Below are positions 48,111-59,985 of a stretch of DNA of 64,000 nt, in pieces. The position numbers and the translations under genes were made by a program. Numbering within the stretch: the first letter of the stretch is position 1; each line of letters starts with the position of its first letter. This DNA comes from Epithemia pelagica (taxonomy: Eukaryota; Protista; Bacillariophyta), in the NCBI GenBank assembly GCA_946965045.2, contig OX337238.1:1736001-1800000 (forward strand). Reading direction: 5' to 3'. Below the pieces are notes generated by a model that was given only the letters and a program-made list of their open reading frames with translations, ran no database searches and was not told the origin of the DNA.

Positions 48111-49211
48111 CTACCAACCACCGTCGACTTGAATCAAGACACGACCTGCCTTGGAGGTTTTGGAATTGTCAAAGTGATGCCAGGCTTTGTCAAAGTCTCG
48201 AATGGGGTGGACGGAATCAATCGAGACTTGTACCGGAGCTGACGACGAATCATCTTTTTGTTTCGGCTCGACACCGATCCTCGATACCAACCATTTCAAA
48301 TCGGATTGGTTCGACTGACACAAGACAAAGTGAGACGATTTGCCGCGAAACAACAAGGGATAAAGCCAGGATCCCCACACCATGGCATCGATATGGGGCA
48401 ATGTCGAAACCAATCGACCGCCGGGTGCTAACAAGTGCTTGATGGACCAAAACTTATACCGACCCGATGTGTCCAGAATCACATTGTAGTACTGCGATTT
48501 TTTCTGGTACGGTTGGGTTCGTGGGCGTGGCATACCAATCCTGAAGAGATTTGGCTTGATTCCGATCAATCACTTGATGAGCTCCCAGCGCTTTGACGTT
48601 GGCGACATCTTTTGTACTGCATACAGCCGCGACATGGCCAGCCTCGAGTTGTTGGGCAATGCCCACAGCCATTGATCCAACACCACCCGAGGCACCAATA
48701 ATCAAGACGGAATCACCCGTTTGCATGCGACCATAATCGCGCAAGGCTTGCAAGGCGGTCATGCCTTCCACCGCACTGGCGGAGGCGCGTTGCAAGGCAT
48801 TGTCCTTTGGGATGTGGGCAGAGCAAACTTGGCCACATCGGTGGCGGGCACCAATACGTATTCCGATGCGGCACCTTGCCGGACAGACGATTGATACTGC
48901 AAATGTCCGAGTACCGCGTCACCGACGGCAAAGTCCGTCACGTCCTTGCCGACAGCCTCGACCACCCCGGAAATATGAGTACAGGGAATCAAGGGTTTCG
49001 ACTTGAGATCATGGGCCACGGACGCACTCCACGTTTTATGGGCCAATTCCTCCAAAAAGGTATCCACCGCCGTATACGAAACCTTGACCAAGATTGATGT
49101 GGGACTATCATTCACCGTGGGTTTGGTCACCTCCACCACTTGCGACGAGGAGGCATCCACCAAGTCAATCGCCTTCATCATGGTGGTGGTACTCGTGGCC
49201 TGACTAGTCAT
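48111..49211 (-). pseudogene. Divergent MDR oxidoreductase paralog with two frameshifts
   Basis: Three overlapping ORFs (48759-49211, 48454-48795, 48111-48569) tile one MDR protein. Confidence 0.8.
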
Positions 49212-49579
49212 TTGAGTAGTTCTTCTTCTTCTTCTTTTAGAAACGTTGCTTTGATTGAAATGACAAAATGCTTTTCGGTTTTATGACAACATCTTTGTTT
49301 TTTCCTCCTGTCATGGTATATCTTTCTTGAATTCTTTCGATCAAAGGTCGTATCTTTGGTCTTTGGCTTTTGCCTCATTTCTTTGAATTCTTACGATCAC
49401 AAACGTTGTTCCATGGAACCAAAAAGAACCCCAAAGTGTTCATTTCTTCAGACACAATAGGGATAAGGCTTTCAGGAAAAGATCTAAGCCGTCTAGCCAC
49501 AGCATCGCATAGTGCATACTCCTCTAGAGGAGTAGAGGAGATAAGAACAACCAACCTATTCTCTATTCTCTCAACATAT

Positions 49580-49735
49580 CACTTCGATTGATTTCTACCA
49601 TGGAACAAAACCGGATCGCATGATAGAATCCTCCGACAACGATTGGAGAATTAAAAAATACTAATGGTCATATCCCTCCATTATATACTATACTTGCGAT
49701 TGACAAAGGCTTTGGTGGCAAATCTAAATCGGAAC
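49580..49735 (-). pseudogene. Diverged duplicate of the AlaRS 3' end and 3' flank
   Basis: CTATACTTGCGATTG.CAAAGGCTTTGG.GGC and the adjoining flank align to about 50595-50772. Confidence 0.7.
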
Positions 49736-49869
49736 GATGCGTCGCTTGCGGTCTTCGAGCCGGGTTTTCCTCGACCATGGTCATCTGAGTGTATACGGAA
49801 TGGGTAATTTCACGAGCAAGGGTTTCTATAGCAAAGCACGAGTCTCGACAGTCCCCTCAATTTGAATGT

Positions 49870-49971
49870 AAGGCCGAGAAATGAGAGACAAAATCGAAAC
49901 TTGGGAGACTAATCAGTCTCCCAAGTTTAATTAGTCTCCCAAGTTTCGATTTTGTCTCATTTATCGGCCTT
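49870..49971. repeat. Foldback of about 102 bp with 42-44-bp arms
   Basis: Left arm AAGGCCGAGAAATGAGAGACAAAATCGAAACTTGGGAGACTAAT vs rc of 49930-49971: 1 mismatch and a 2-nt indel. The loop carries a third AGTCTCCCAAGTTT. Confidence 0.85.
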
Positions 49972-50246
49972 GTCTCCAAGCAATCCTTTGAGTTCGGTCA
50001 CAACTTTATGTTTCGCCTCTTTCGTAGCTATGGTTTGTTGCAACTGCCCGTTGAGCTCGTTGCTGCTGCCGATGCTGCTGCTGCTGTTGCGAGGGTTCCT
50101 TGGTGGGTATTGTTGCAATCAGGAATCCCTTTTCCCTTTACCTCTCTCTCGTGTCACAACAACTTTGATGAGCGGTGTGGGAGAGTGTGACTATGCTGCA
50201 ACCCGGAGGTTCGCTTCCTGTCGACCTTCAAATACAAGGCCTAGCT

Positions 50247-50501
50247 CTAGTGTCTAGTCTACCATTGTCCTCATTCCTCATATGAGGTCATATCCTCATA
50301 TGAGGACACATTTGGCACATCTCAGTTCATGGTATTCTTTGCAGCATAGAGAAAAATGGATGGCACCATCGTTTTCCTCAGGTTTAGTTTGGTCATAGTA
50401 CCAGTTGTCAGGCTTTAATATCTTGGTAAAGGTTGCCAGGCTTTAATATCTTGGACATGATGTCCTCATATGAGGACAGAGACCGGTAGACTAGACACTA
50501 G
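50247..50501. mobile_element. 255-bp MITE of the same family as the piggyBac-like element at 1-1448
   Basis: Perfect 17-bp inverted ends CTAGTGTCTAGTCTACC / GGTAGACTAGACACTAG. CCTCATATGAGG palindromes at 50276-50287, 50294-50305 and within 50461-50478. Confidence 0.88.
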
Positions 50502-50712
50502 GAGGCCTAAGCACCAACAAGATTGGGGTAGCCACGAATAACGCAAATCGTCCTAAACCGGACAATCATCTACCTAGAATCTCTACGAAGACAAATCACC
50601 TTGATTGAATTCTACGATGGAACGAAACTGCAACACACGATAGAATCTTCCGATAACGATTGGAGTATTTAAAAAGAAAATGGACATGTTCCTGTCTCTC
50701 CACTATAATATA

Positions 50713-53700
50713 CTATACTTGCGATTGGCAAAAGGCTTTGGCGGCTTCCACCACGGCATCTAGATCGGAACACTCCGGTGCTTGCCCTTGAGCATTGTCT
50801 GGTTTGCCTCCACCCTTGCCATTGCACGGTTGTAACGCGGCCAACACCCATTCATTGGCCTTGAGAGTTGCCGCGACGGGGCCGGAGGAGGGAACCATAC
50901 CAAAGGCCAAGAGTTTGCCTTGACACTTGCCGTCGTCGACCAATTCCTCGGGACTCAATCCCAAAAAGGCCAACTCCGGAGCCCAGTCTTGTACGGCATT
51001 GCGAACCCGTTGGGACGCCTTGGAATCAGCACCAATATCGACCGTGGTCACCAAGGTCGATTGACCGGACGCAACAGCTTCTTCGACTTGAACCTTGAGT
51101 TCGTTCAAGACGATATCGACGCGTTGTTGCAGGGCTTGTTTCTTGGCTTGTTGAATCTTGTTTTGCACAACACTAATGCGTTCTCTCAAGTCCGCTTTGA
51201 GGGGAGCCGAAATGACCGCGGCATCCAAATCTTTGCGCAAGACTGTGACTGTGGCTTCCACGTCCGACTGTTTCTGCTGCAGTTGTGCTTCAACCGTCTC
51301 GACTTGCTGGGCCATGGTCTCGCCTTGTGCCAAGGCATCTGCCGCCGCTTCTTGTGTCACGGCTGAAATTCGACGAATGCCCTTGGCCACGGCCGTTTCT
51401 TCTACCAAGCAAAACGCCTGGGCTTCCCGTGTATTGGAAATGTGGGTTCCACCGCAAAATTCAATCGACGTAGCGCTATCGTCATCGCCAATGCTAATGA
51501 CTCGAACAGGATCGGGGTACACTTCTCCAAACACGGCTCGGACACCGGGAATAGCTTGGGCTTGTTCCAAGGGCAAGACTTGACTCGTGACAGTTTCGGC
51601 TTGGGCGACGACGGTTTGACAATAATCCTGGACTTGTTGCAATTCAGGGACTGTCAAGGCCTTTTTGTGGGTAAAATCAAACCGCAACTTTTCTTCGTTA
51701 CACAAACTACCCCGTTGTTCCACCTTGTCTCCCAATACGTTTCGCAGTGCGGCATTCAAGACATGAGTCATGGAATGATTGGGAGCAATTCGTTGACGGC
51801 GCTGGTAATCTACATGACACGAAACACGAGATGATACTTTCAAGGAGGCCGTGGATGTTGCGTCAATATCCGTGCCCTTCCAATAACCCTTGTGTAAGAC
51901 ATAACCAGCATAAACTTGCACGTCTGTCACCACCATGGTTCCCACTGGTTCGTTCGTGTCGTCGTCGACAAGATGAATGACACCGGTATCGGCTTCTTGA
52001 CCTCCTGCTTCAGCATAAAAGGGCGTTTGATCCAACACGAGACCAATCGATGATCCAGCCGAAACTTCCTCCGAACAAAAGGTTCCATCCGTTTGGTAAA
52101 TGGCTTGTACTGTAGCCTTCGTTGCGACAGACTCGGTACTACCATCGGTATTCCATTCGTATTTGGGAGAATCGTCCGTGGGAGCAATGCCTTGGTCTTG
52201 CAACCAGGCCGTTTGTTCGGCTTGCAATTCACCCACCAACTCCATGGATGTAGCGTCCATGTCAGTACCGTCAGCGTCAGAGGTTGTTCCACTTCGTCGT
52301 TGTTGTTGGGCGCGTTTTTGAGCTTGTCGCGATCGGTCCTTTTGTTCTTGCATGGCCGTTTCAAAGCCGGCCGTATCGACGGTCCATCCAGCTTCGGTTG
52401 CCATGAGTTCTGTCAAGTCCACGGGGAAACCCAAGGTATCGTACAAATAAAAGGCTTGGTCTCCAGAAATTTTCATATCCGTTGTTTCTTCTTGTTTCAA
52501 GATTGTTTCTTCAAAATACCGAATACCACGTTCCAACAAGAGTCCAAACGAGGTTTCTTCTTCCCGAACCAATTCGACAATGGTATCTTGTGCTGGAATC
52601 AGTTCTGGATAGGCTGCTCCAAAGGTTTGTACGACGGTCGGAATGAGTTGCGTCAAGAATCCCGACGGTGCTTCCAGGACTTGTTGCCCATAGCGGAGCG
52701 CCCGTCGGACAATGCGTCGCAAGACATAGCCACGTCCTTCATTGCTCGGTACAGCACCATCGGCCAAGGCAAAACTCAGTGTCCGAACATGATCGACAAT
52801 GGCACGATAGGCGGTATCCTTGTATCCAACATCGTCATCCCCCACCCTACCGGTATAGGGTCCCACCTTACTATAGGGCTCGACAGCCCGAATCAAGGTT
52901 TGAAAGACGTCAATGTCATAATTGCTCGTGACATTCTGCAAAATGGACACGAGTCGTTCCAATCCCATACCGGTATCAACATGCTTGGCGGGGAGGGGTT
53001 GCAGTTCGGTGGCCGATTGTCGATTGTATTGAATAAAGACCAAATTCCAAATTTCAATCACATTGGGATCATCGGCATTGACCATGGAGGCCGCGGCACT
53101 GTCGGGTCGTTGAAACCGATCGTAATGAATTTCCGTACAGGGACCACAGGGACCAGTGTCTCCCATTTCCCAAAAATTATCCTTGGCACAACAGGCAATG
53201 ACCCGATCGGGTGGCAAATATTGCAACCACAAATCACGTGCTTCGGTATCGGCCGGAACTTGATCATTGCCTTCAAAGTAGGTGGCATACAAGGAATTTG
53301 GATCCAATTCATAGACGTTGGTCAACAATTCCCAGGCCATCCGGACAGCTTGTTCTTTGAAATAGGTTCCCGAAAAGGACCAGGTCCCTAACATTTCAAA
53401 AAAGGTATGATGATAGGTATCGACACCGACTTCTTCCAAATCATTGTGTTTGCCCCCGGCTCGAATGCATTTTTGCGCATTGACGGCCGATTCGAGTTGC
53501 GCCAAGGGACTGCTGGGATCGACTTGACCCAAGAATACTGGTTTGAATTGATTCATACCGGCATTGGCAAACAAGAGGGTCGGATCGTTGAGAGGAACAC
53601 AGGACGAACTCGCAACTCGGGCATGGTCGTACTGGTTGGCAAAAAAGTCGCAAAAAGTACTGCGGACACGATCCGTTGTCCACTCGAGCGTCGTGTCGTC

Positions 53701-53913
53701 CTTGTCCGTGCTACTACTACTGCTACTCGTTGTTGTTGTCGTCGTCTCGGTTGTGGAGTCGGATGTACTGTGGTAAATCTTTTGGCTTCCTGGATGGTAT
53801 AGTGTGGTGGTTGTTCGGGAGTTTGACAAAGGTCTTGGTGAAAATGCCACGGCTGGTTCCCTCCACCAAACAGCAAGAGCTGCAAATGATAGTATGAGAA
53901 ATGGTTGTCTCAT
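50713..53913 (-). CDS. AARS: Alanine--tRNA ligase with bipartite organellar presequence (1066 aa from ATG 53913)
   Basis: PTLLFANAGMNQFKP, HHTFFEMLG.WSF, DNFWEMGDTGPCGPC, KHVDTGMGLERL, GRGYVLRRI, editing motifs HSMTH and EFCGGTH, GKGGGK. Presequence MRQPFLILSFAALAVWWREPAVA-FSP. Confidence 0.96.
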   Translation of the reverse strand: MRQPFLILSFAALAVWWREPAVAFSPRPLSNSRTTTTLYHPGSQKIYHSTSDSTTETTTTTTSSSSSSTDKDDTTLEWTTDRVRSTFCDFFANQYDHARVASSSCVPLNDPTLLFANAGMNQFKPVFLGQVDPSSPLAQLESAVNAQKCIRAGGKHNDLEEVGVDTYHHTFFEMLGTWSFSGTYFKEQAVRMAWELLTNVYELDPNSLYATYFEGNDQVPADTEARDLWLQYLPPDRVIACCAKDNFWEMGDTGPCGPCTEIHYDRFQRPDSAAASMVNADDPNVIEIWNLVFIQYNRQSATELQPLPAKHVDTGMGLERLVSILQNVTSNYDIDVFQTLIRAVEPYSKVGPYTGRVGDDDVGYKDTAYRAIVDHVRTLSFALADGAVPSNEGRGYVLRRIVRRALRYGQQVLEAPSGFLTQLIPTVVQTFGAAYPELIPAQDTIVELVREEETSFGLLLERGIRYFEETILKQEETTDMKISGDQAFYLYDTLGFPVDLTELMATEAGWTVDTAGFETAMQEQKDRSRQAQKRAQQQRRSGTTSDADGTDMDATSMELVGELQAEQTAWLQDQGIAPTDDSPKYEWNTDGSTESVATKATVQAIYQTDGTFCSEEVSAGSSIGLVLDQTPFYAEAGGQEADTGVIHLVDDDTNEPVGTMVVTDVQVYAGYVLHKGYWKGTDIDATSTASLKVSSRVSCHVDYQRRQRIAPNHSMTHVLNAALRNVLGDKVEQRGSLCNEEKLRFDFTHKKALTVPELQQVQDYCQTVVAQAETVTSQVLPLEQAQAIPGVRAVFGEVYPDPVRVISIGDDDSATSIEFCGGTHISNTREAQAFCLVEETAVAKGIRRISAVTQEAAADALAQGETMAQQVETVEAQLQQKQSDVEATVTVLRKDLDAAVISAPLKADLRERISVVQNKIQQAKKQALQQRVDIVLNELKVQVEEAVASGQSTLVTTVDIGADSKASQRVRNAVQDWAPELAFLGLSPEELVDDGKCQGKLLAFGMVPSSGPVAATLKANEWVLAALQPCNGKGGGKPDNAQGQAPECSDLDAVVEAAKAFCQSQV

Positions 53914-54666
53914 GATTGATGGCTCTTCTGTTGTGTGTTTGTCTAACAAAAGGGTGACTTGTTGTTGTTTGGGGTTTCCAGTCCGTTTCCGAGTTGCAAA
54001 CGCTGCCAAACAGAGAGTACTTTTTCCTTGCAAAACTGGTTCGAATGGGTGCGATCCTTGCTCTAGTTGCTGTTGTTGTTATTATTATTGCTGTTGTTGG
54101 TGTGTTCGGTGACAATCGATCTTGTTGCTCTTGTCGTTGTAGGTATAAGGGTGTGATGGTAGGATGTGGACCACCACACAACAGCGACACTGTGAAAAAG
54201 AACGCCGTTTGTTCTTCTTTCGCTACGCCAAGTTACCAAAGGTGAGAGCGTCCACAATCAAAGAGCGAGAGAGAGAGACAGAGAGGCGTGGATCTACACA
54301 CTCTCCCACGAGAACGACGTTGTCTGGATGCTGATGTCTTTGGTTCGTTGTGATGAATGAGATGAGAGTGTGAGAGGGATACCAATGGCACACCCATGGG
54401 ATTGTCGTTTGGGTCCGCGCTGACGCACGAACATGTTCGGCCGTCGTCCGTGCATCCGTCATCGCGGCCATCAAAAGGGTGTTGTGAAACGAACATCCAA
54501 ATGGATTCGTATTCGTCCAAAAGATCCAATCTGTAAAATCTACTCGACTGTCTCTCTGTCCTCTCTTCCACCAACCTGACAACAAGAAATCAATACAAAA
54601 AGAGACAAATATCGAGACAAGAAGAGATTGCCAACAAGACTCTCTCATCTTGGAGCGAAACGAACC

Positions 54667-57600
54667 ATGGCGGTCATATTGAAGGATGACGACAAGGTTC
54701 AACGCGTGGCGGTCGTGGGGGGTGGTGTGACGGGGTTGGCAGCCGCCTGGCATTTGCAAACGCAATGCAATGGTCGATATCAAGTTCATGTCTACGAATC
54801 CGAAGCTACGTTGGGAGGACATGCTCATACCATGGCCATTCCCCATACGACACCTAAAGCTACGAGTACTGTTAGTAGTACTAGTACTACCGCCGAGGAT
54901 GCGACTACGACCATGGTGGATTTGGGATTCATGGTGTTCAATCAACCCAATTATCCCAATTTGCGGGCTTGGTTTCGTCAATTAAACATTGCTCAAGAGA
55001 AAACCGACATGTCGCTCTCTATTAGTTTGTCCACCAACAACGACGACGAGAACACGCCAAAGAAGGACGACGATCCCCCCAAACGCAACATGATGGTCGA
55101 ATGGTGTTCATCGGGTGGATTGCGTGGTTTGTTGGCCCATTTCCCTCAAGTATGGTCCTATTCCTTTTGGCAATTTATCTACGATTTAGTCATTCGCTTT
55201 CATGCCGTGACACCGCATACCGACTTTTTGGCCTTGCCCTCGGACGATCCTCGGCAACACGTGACATTGGGTCAATATTTGCAATACCGGGGCTATTCCT
55301 CGGCCGTGGCCACTCATTATCTCGTCCCCATGATGGCCGCCTTGTGGTCCGCCACGTCCTTGCACGATGTCTTGGAATTTCCCGCCGCTCAATTGTTGGG
55401 ATTTTTGGCCAATCATCAAATGTTGCAAATTTTGCATCGTCCCCAATGGTACACCGTCACGGGACGCTCCCATCAATATACGCAAAAACTACACGTTGTG
55501 TTGGCCACGCACGATGCCGTTCATGTCAATTCTCCCGTTCATGCCGTGGTGAAAAATAACAACAAGAACAACGACACAACCTCCTTTACCTTGTATGGAC
55601 CACCACCCGCATCCGCATCGACCAACCAGGAATCGCTCGACGACTGTCCTTGTTATGGCACGTACGATCAAGTCATTTTTGCTTGTCATGCTCCAACGGC
55701 TGGAGACATGTTGCGTCGGGGAGAATATCACGATACAGCGTTGGTGCAAGCCTTGTTGGACATTCGGTACGAACCCAATGTCATTTACGTCCATTCCGAT
55801 GTGTCTCTCATGCCACAGTCCCGCAACGCATGGGCCTCTTGGAATTGTTTGGGCGATTGGCATGCCTTGCAACGAGCCGTGTTGGGGGGACCGAGCACAT
55901 CAGAGGACGACGACGAAACCAAAACGAACAAGGAGGAAACGAGAAAATCGTCATCCTCGGGTTCTGGCGTCTATGTCACGTATTGGTTGAATCAACTGCA
56001 AAATTTGACTTGTCAGGAACCCATTTTTGTGTCACTCAATCCACCTCGTCCTCCTCATCATCAACATTGTCCTCCTCGTATTTGGTCACATCCTCAGTTT
56101 ACCCTCTCTACGCTCCGGGCGCGTCAATACGTCTTGCAACAACAATATCAGACCCCCAAAAGCAATAGCGGCTTGTGGTTTTGTGGTGCCTGGGATGGTT
56201 ATGGCTTTCATGAAGATGGATGTCGATCCGGCTTTCATGTGGCCACAGAATTGTCGGGTGTACCGGTGCCCTGGAAATCCACGACTACGAGCAGCACTAC
56301 AGCCAAGACGGAACCACCTCCAGCCACCACTTTGCTCAAAGACAAGGACAAGAACAACGACATGACCTTGGCGGCCAATCCGGAAACCCAATTGTTTGAC
56401 TTGGTGGAGGCTCCTCCCGATTTTGTCTCCACCTTGACGCAGCATGCCCACAAGAACAAACAAGGATGGTTGACCGCCGTGGGACGGCACGTCCAGGCTC
56501 TGTACCAGTTTGTGACTCGGGAGGTGCCCATTGGGTTGGCCAAGTACGTTGTCCGACGTACCGTGACACGTCTCCTTTCGTCCTCCTCGTCGCCACCGAC
56601 GGACCCACGGGTACCCACTCAATTGCAAGTCCGCCATGTCAATGGGACACTGGAAACCTATGGTACGGCTTCTTCTTCGGCTGCGGCCGTCACGGTACGA
56701 GTTTTTGACGATTGGTTCTTTGTCAAATTAGCCACGTCCTGGTTCTGGGGATGGTCGTTTTGTCCCAACGACGATGTGGGATTGGCAACGAGTTATATGG
56801 AAGGTTTGTTCAATGTGCAAGCCATTGCAGACCAAACAACCGAGGACGACGCCGACGAGTCAAAAACAGAAACTTGCATTGCCTTGGGCGATCCCACCGG
56901 ATTGCTTCGATTGTTTTCGTTGTGGAATCACTACCAACCAGGAAATGGGACTCAAAGTGGAATCACAAGTTGGTTCTTATCATCGTGGTGTTGGTGGTCC
57001 CCGTATCATCGTCGTCGTCGAGACGGCATGTATACACAATGGTATCAACTATGGTGTAAACGCCGTGGTCCAACCTTGTTTGACAGCTTGATTCGTCGGG
57101 CGTTGGATCCCGAAACGGCACAATCGTCTACCGCAATCTTTTCACCCAGCACCATTCGTGCGAATGGTACGTCAACCTATTGTGTCGGGTCGGTTTTGCT
57201 TGTTGTTGTTGTTCTTTGTGTAGATTGCGTCACCTGCTCGTGATTGGATGGTTGAATGTGTGTCGCGGTACTGTTCTTATCAACGATATCTAACCCTCTG
57301 TCCCTGCTGCTTCCGGCACCACACCTACAGAGTCGAGTCTCGGATCCTTGCCTCGTAGTTCGTTGTTGGAAGAAGCGCAATGGCGAAAGATTGACACCTA
57401 CCTAGCTCGTGCCAAACTCCAACCAGGTCAGGTTGTGTTGGATTTGGACTGTGGATGGGGAAGCTTGGCGATCCGAGCTGCCTCCAAGTATGGGTGCTTT
57501 GTGACGGTCTTGACCACGTCGATTGAACAAGCGACTAGGGTGAAGCAACGAGTTCAAAAAGCAGACGTTGCCTCGATGGTGACAATTTTGTCCCCTCAAG

Positions 57601-58211
57601 TGGATGCCCGCAACCTGAGTCGAAATTCTGAATACATGGGAAAATTTGATTGCGTCATTTGTTCGTCTGAAACCATCACAACCAAGTCCAGCAAGAGTGC
57701 CTGGAAGACGTTCTTCCAAACGGTCGGGCGAGTGCTCAAGCCAGATGCGGGAAAACTCGTATTGGCAGCCGTCACAACACCTGTTACCAACAATTCGAGA
57801 AACTTTTTGAATACAATCTTGTTTCCTGGTTTATGGATTCCCACCGTTTGGTTTTTGGTCCACGGGGCTCACGATCATGCCCATTTGAGCTTGAACCATG
57901 TCGACCAGTTGGGACTACACTTTGCCCAAACCCTATCTCTTTGGCGACGTCGACTGAATCTCGAATCCCAAAATGAAGCTCGTGCCTTGCGTATGGATGA
58001 TGTATCCCTCCGCGCCATTAACTATGGGTTGTTGGTGTCGCAAGCGGCACTTGTTACGCAACAACAGCACCTTCAACTGCTCGTATTTTCAAACTCAAAG
58101 GACAGTAAACCGGATGCAATTCCTGTTTTGGATACAGTCATGGAACCAGTAATGGATCAAGCTGCGCCATTGACAGACGCAGCACTAAAGGCACTTGTTC
58201 CTTTGGCCTGA
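54667..58211 (+). CDS. FAD-dependent amine-oxidase-like domain fused to a degenerate cyclopropane-fatty-acid-synthase (SAM methyltransferase) domain; exons 54667-57166, 57331-58211
   Basis: VAVVGGGVTGLAAAW, LGGHAHT, VDLGFMVFN, WASWN and GFHEDG..SG motifs. Intron 57167-57330 (GTACGT..CAG) joins in frame to LEEAQWRK...VLDLDCGWG...LFPG. Confidence 0.85.
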
Positions 58212-58930
58212 ATTTCACGTATGGCGGATACAATAGTCCTCTGAAAGCTCCCACTCACAACCTTCACCATATTTCCTCTGTACAAATGGCGCTCTTCTTT
58301 TGCTCAAAGAAACTGGACAAAGTCTTACAACCTTAGTTTTCATACATATATATATTACTGAATGAAAATACTGCTGAATGATCTCGTTTCAAAAACGTGT
58401 TGATGGGATTTCCGTCGTATCTGATTTATTCGCAGTGCGACGAACCAACCTATAACTAGACGTTGAAATGGTCCATTGTCCCTATCTATCGAAAAAGGAG
58501 GTCCCGGGCCTCCTTTTTCCCATGTTGAACAATAGGAGTAGATTTCTTAGACCCTCACAAAGACTACCTCTACTATAGGTAGCCTTATGTCTTGCCCTTC
58601 CGTAGCTACCTTACTACCCCTACTACTCCTAGGAGCTAGGAGTAGTAGAAAAGAGCAAAGGATGTCTCGTAGACGTGAATACGGAAAGCGATAATTTCTA
58701 TCGTGACGGATCACATGAATAAATTATATACAATAGCATTTTCGAGTAATAACCGCTTCGAAGTTGTAAAATCCCCACACCCCGCGCGGAAGCTAATCCG
58801 CGCACAAGAACACCCGAATACGAACCAAGCAGGCGATGATGGCGGGGGGAGTCCTACCTCTTTCGTGGTCTCACAAAACAACAAATCGAAAATCGAAACA
58901 ACGACCGATCAAATCTTCCGAAACAAGAAA

Positions 58931-59985
58931 ATGACTTCTACAACCTCATCCAAAGCTTCAAGCACCACGATGAATGTCATTGCCATTCAAGAAAACAAAT
59001 CCGTTTCCATTGTCCAAGTAACCAAGCCATCTATTGAAGACAAACCTGATTCCATACTTGTACAGGTGGCCTATGCTGCTTTGGATACTGCCTTGGAAGA
59101 AATTGTCCACAAAACCTTTACCGGGATCATGGTACATGATCGTAAGGCTAAACCATTGGTTCCAGGATATCACTTTTCCGGAACCATTGAGGCCGTCGGA
59201 TCCAATGTTGCCAAGAATGAATTTCAAGTGGGTGATACCGTCTTTGGACATTTGCAATATAGCCCATCGACCAAACAAGGATCTTGCAGTGAATATGTGG
59301 TCGTGCCCTAGACTGACTTGGCCAAACTGTCATCCTCCTACAAACATGTTTCCTTACAAAAGGCAGCCGCCTGTGCCACCGAAGGTACAACCTCCTTGCA
59401 GGCCCTACGAGACAAGGCCAATGTGCAACCCAATGATTCCGTGCGCATTGTGGGTGCCTCTGGAGGTGTGGGATCCATGGCTATTGGCATTGCTCGCCAA
59501 CTACAAGCCGGACCATCACTGCCGTATGTAGTACCAAGGATATCAAAAAAGTCCAAGCCCTCGGTGCCGACAAGGTAATTGACCGTACCCAAACCAAACT
59601 GGAAACTCTCCACAAGACCAACCCAACTGTACATAAGCAACAGTACAATGTGATTTTCGATGCATCCGGCAAGTATTCCTTTTCGGCCTTGAAGCATTTG
59701 TTGGCTCCCGGTGGTCGCATGGTATCGACCGAAGTTTATCTCGACACGATATTGCTGGGATCCTGGTTGTATCCTCTCGTTTTTTCCGGTAAGACGTCGC
59801 AATTCATTCCCTGTTGGTCCAAGAAAGAAGACTTGAAACTCGTGGGCGAGTGGGTGGAACAAGAGTCAGTAGAAGTCTCCATCGATTCCGAGTACAAGGT
59901 CTCCGAGCTTGGCAAGGCATGGGACCGTCAGAACGATCGTACCAAGACCGGTCGCGTCGTGATCCAGGTACATGGAGGGTGGTAG
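58931..59985 (+). pseudogene. MDR oxidoreductase, inverted duplicate of 46536-47591, with TAG at 59309-59311 and a 1-nt deletion near 59512
   Basis: Direct comparison with the intact copy: AAG>TAG, and GGAACCATC>GGACCATC. Confidence 0.88.

Noticed and set aside
52093-53391. 432-aa antisense ORF, and similar ORFs opposite XRN, SET, HMG and MDR genes
   Set aside because: Shadow ORFs on the reverse strand of well-supported genes; no independent motifs.
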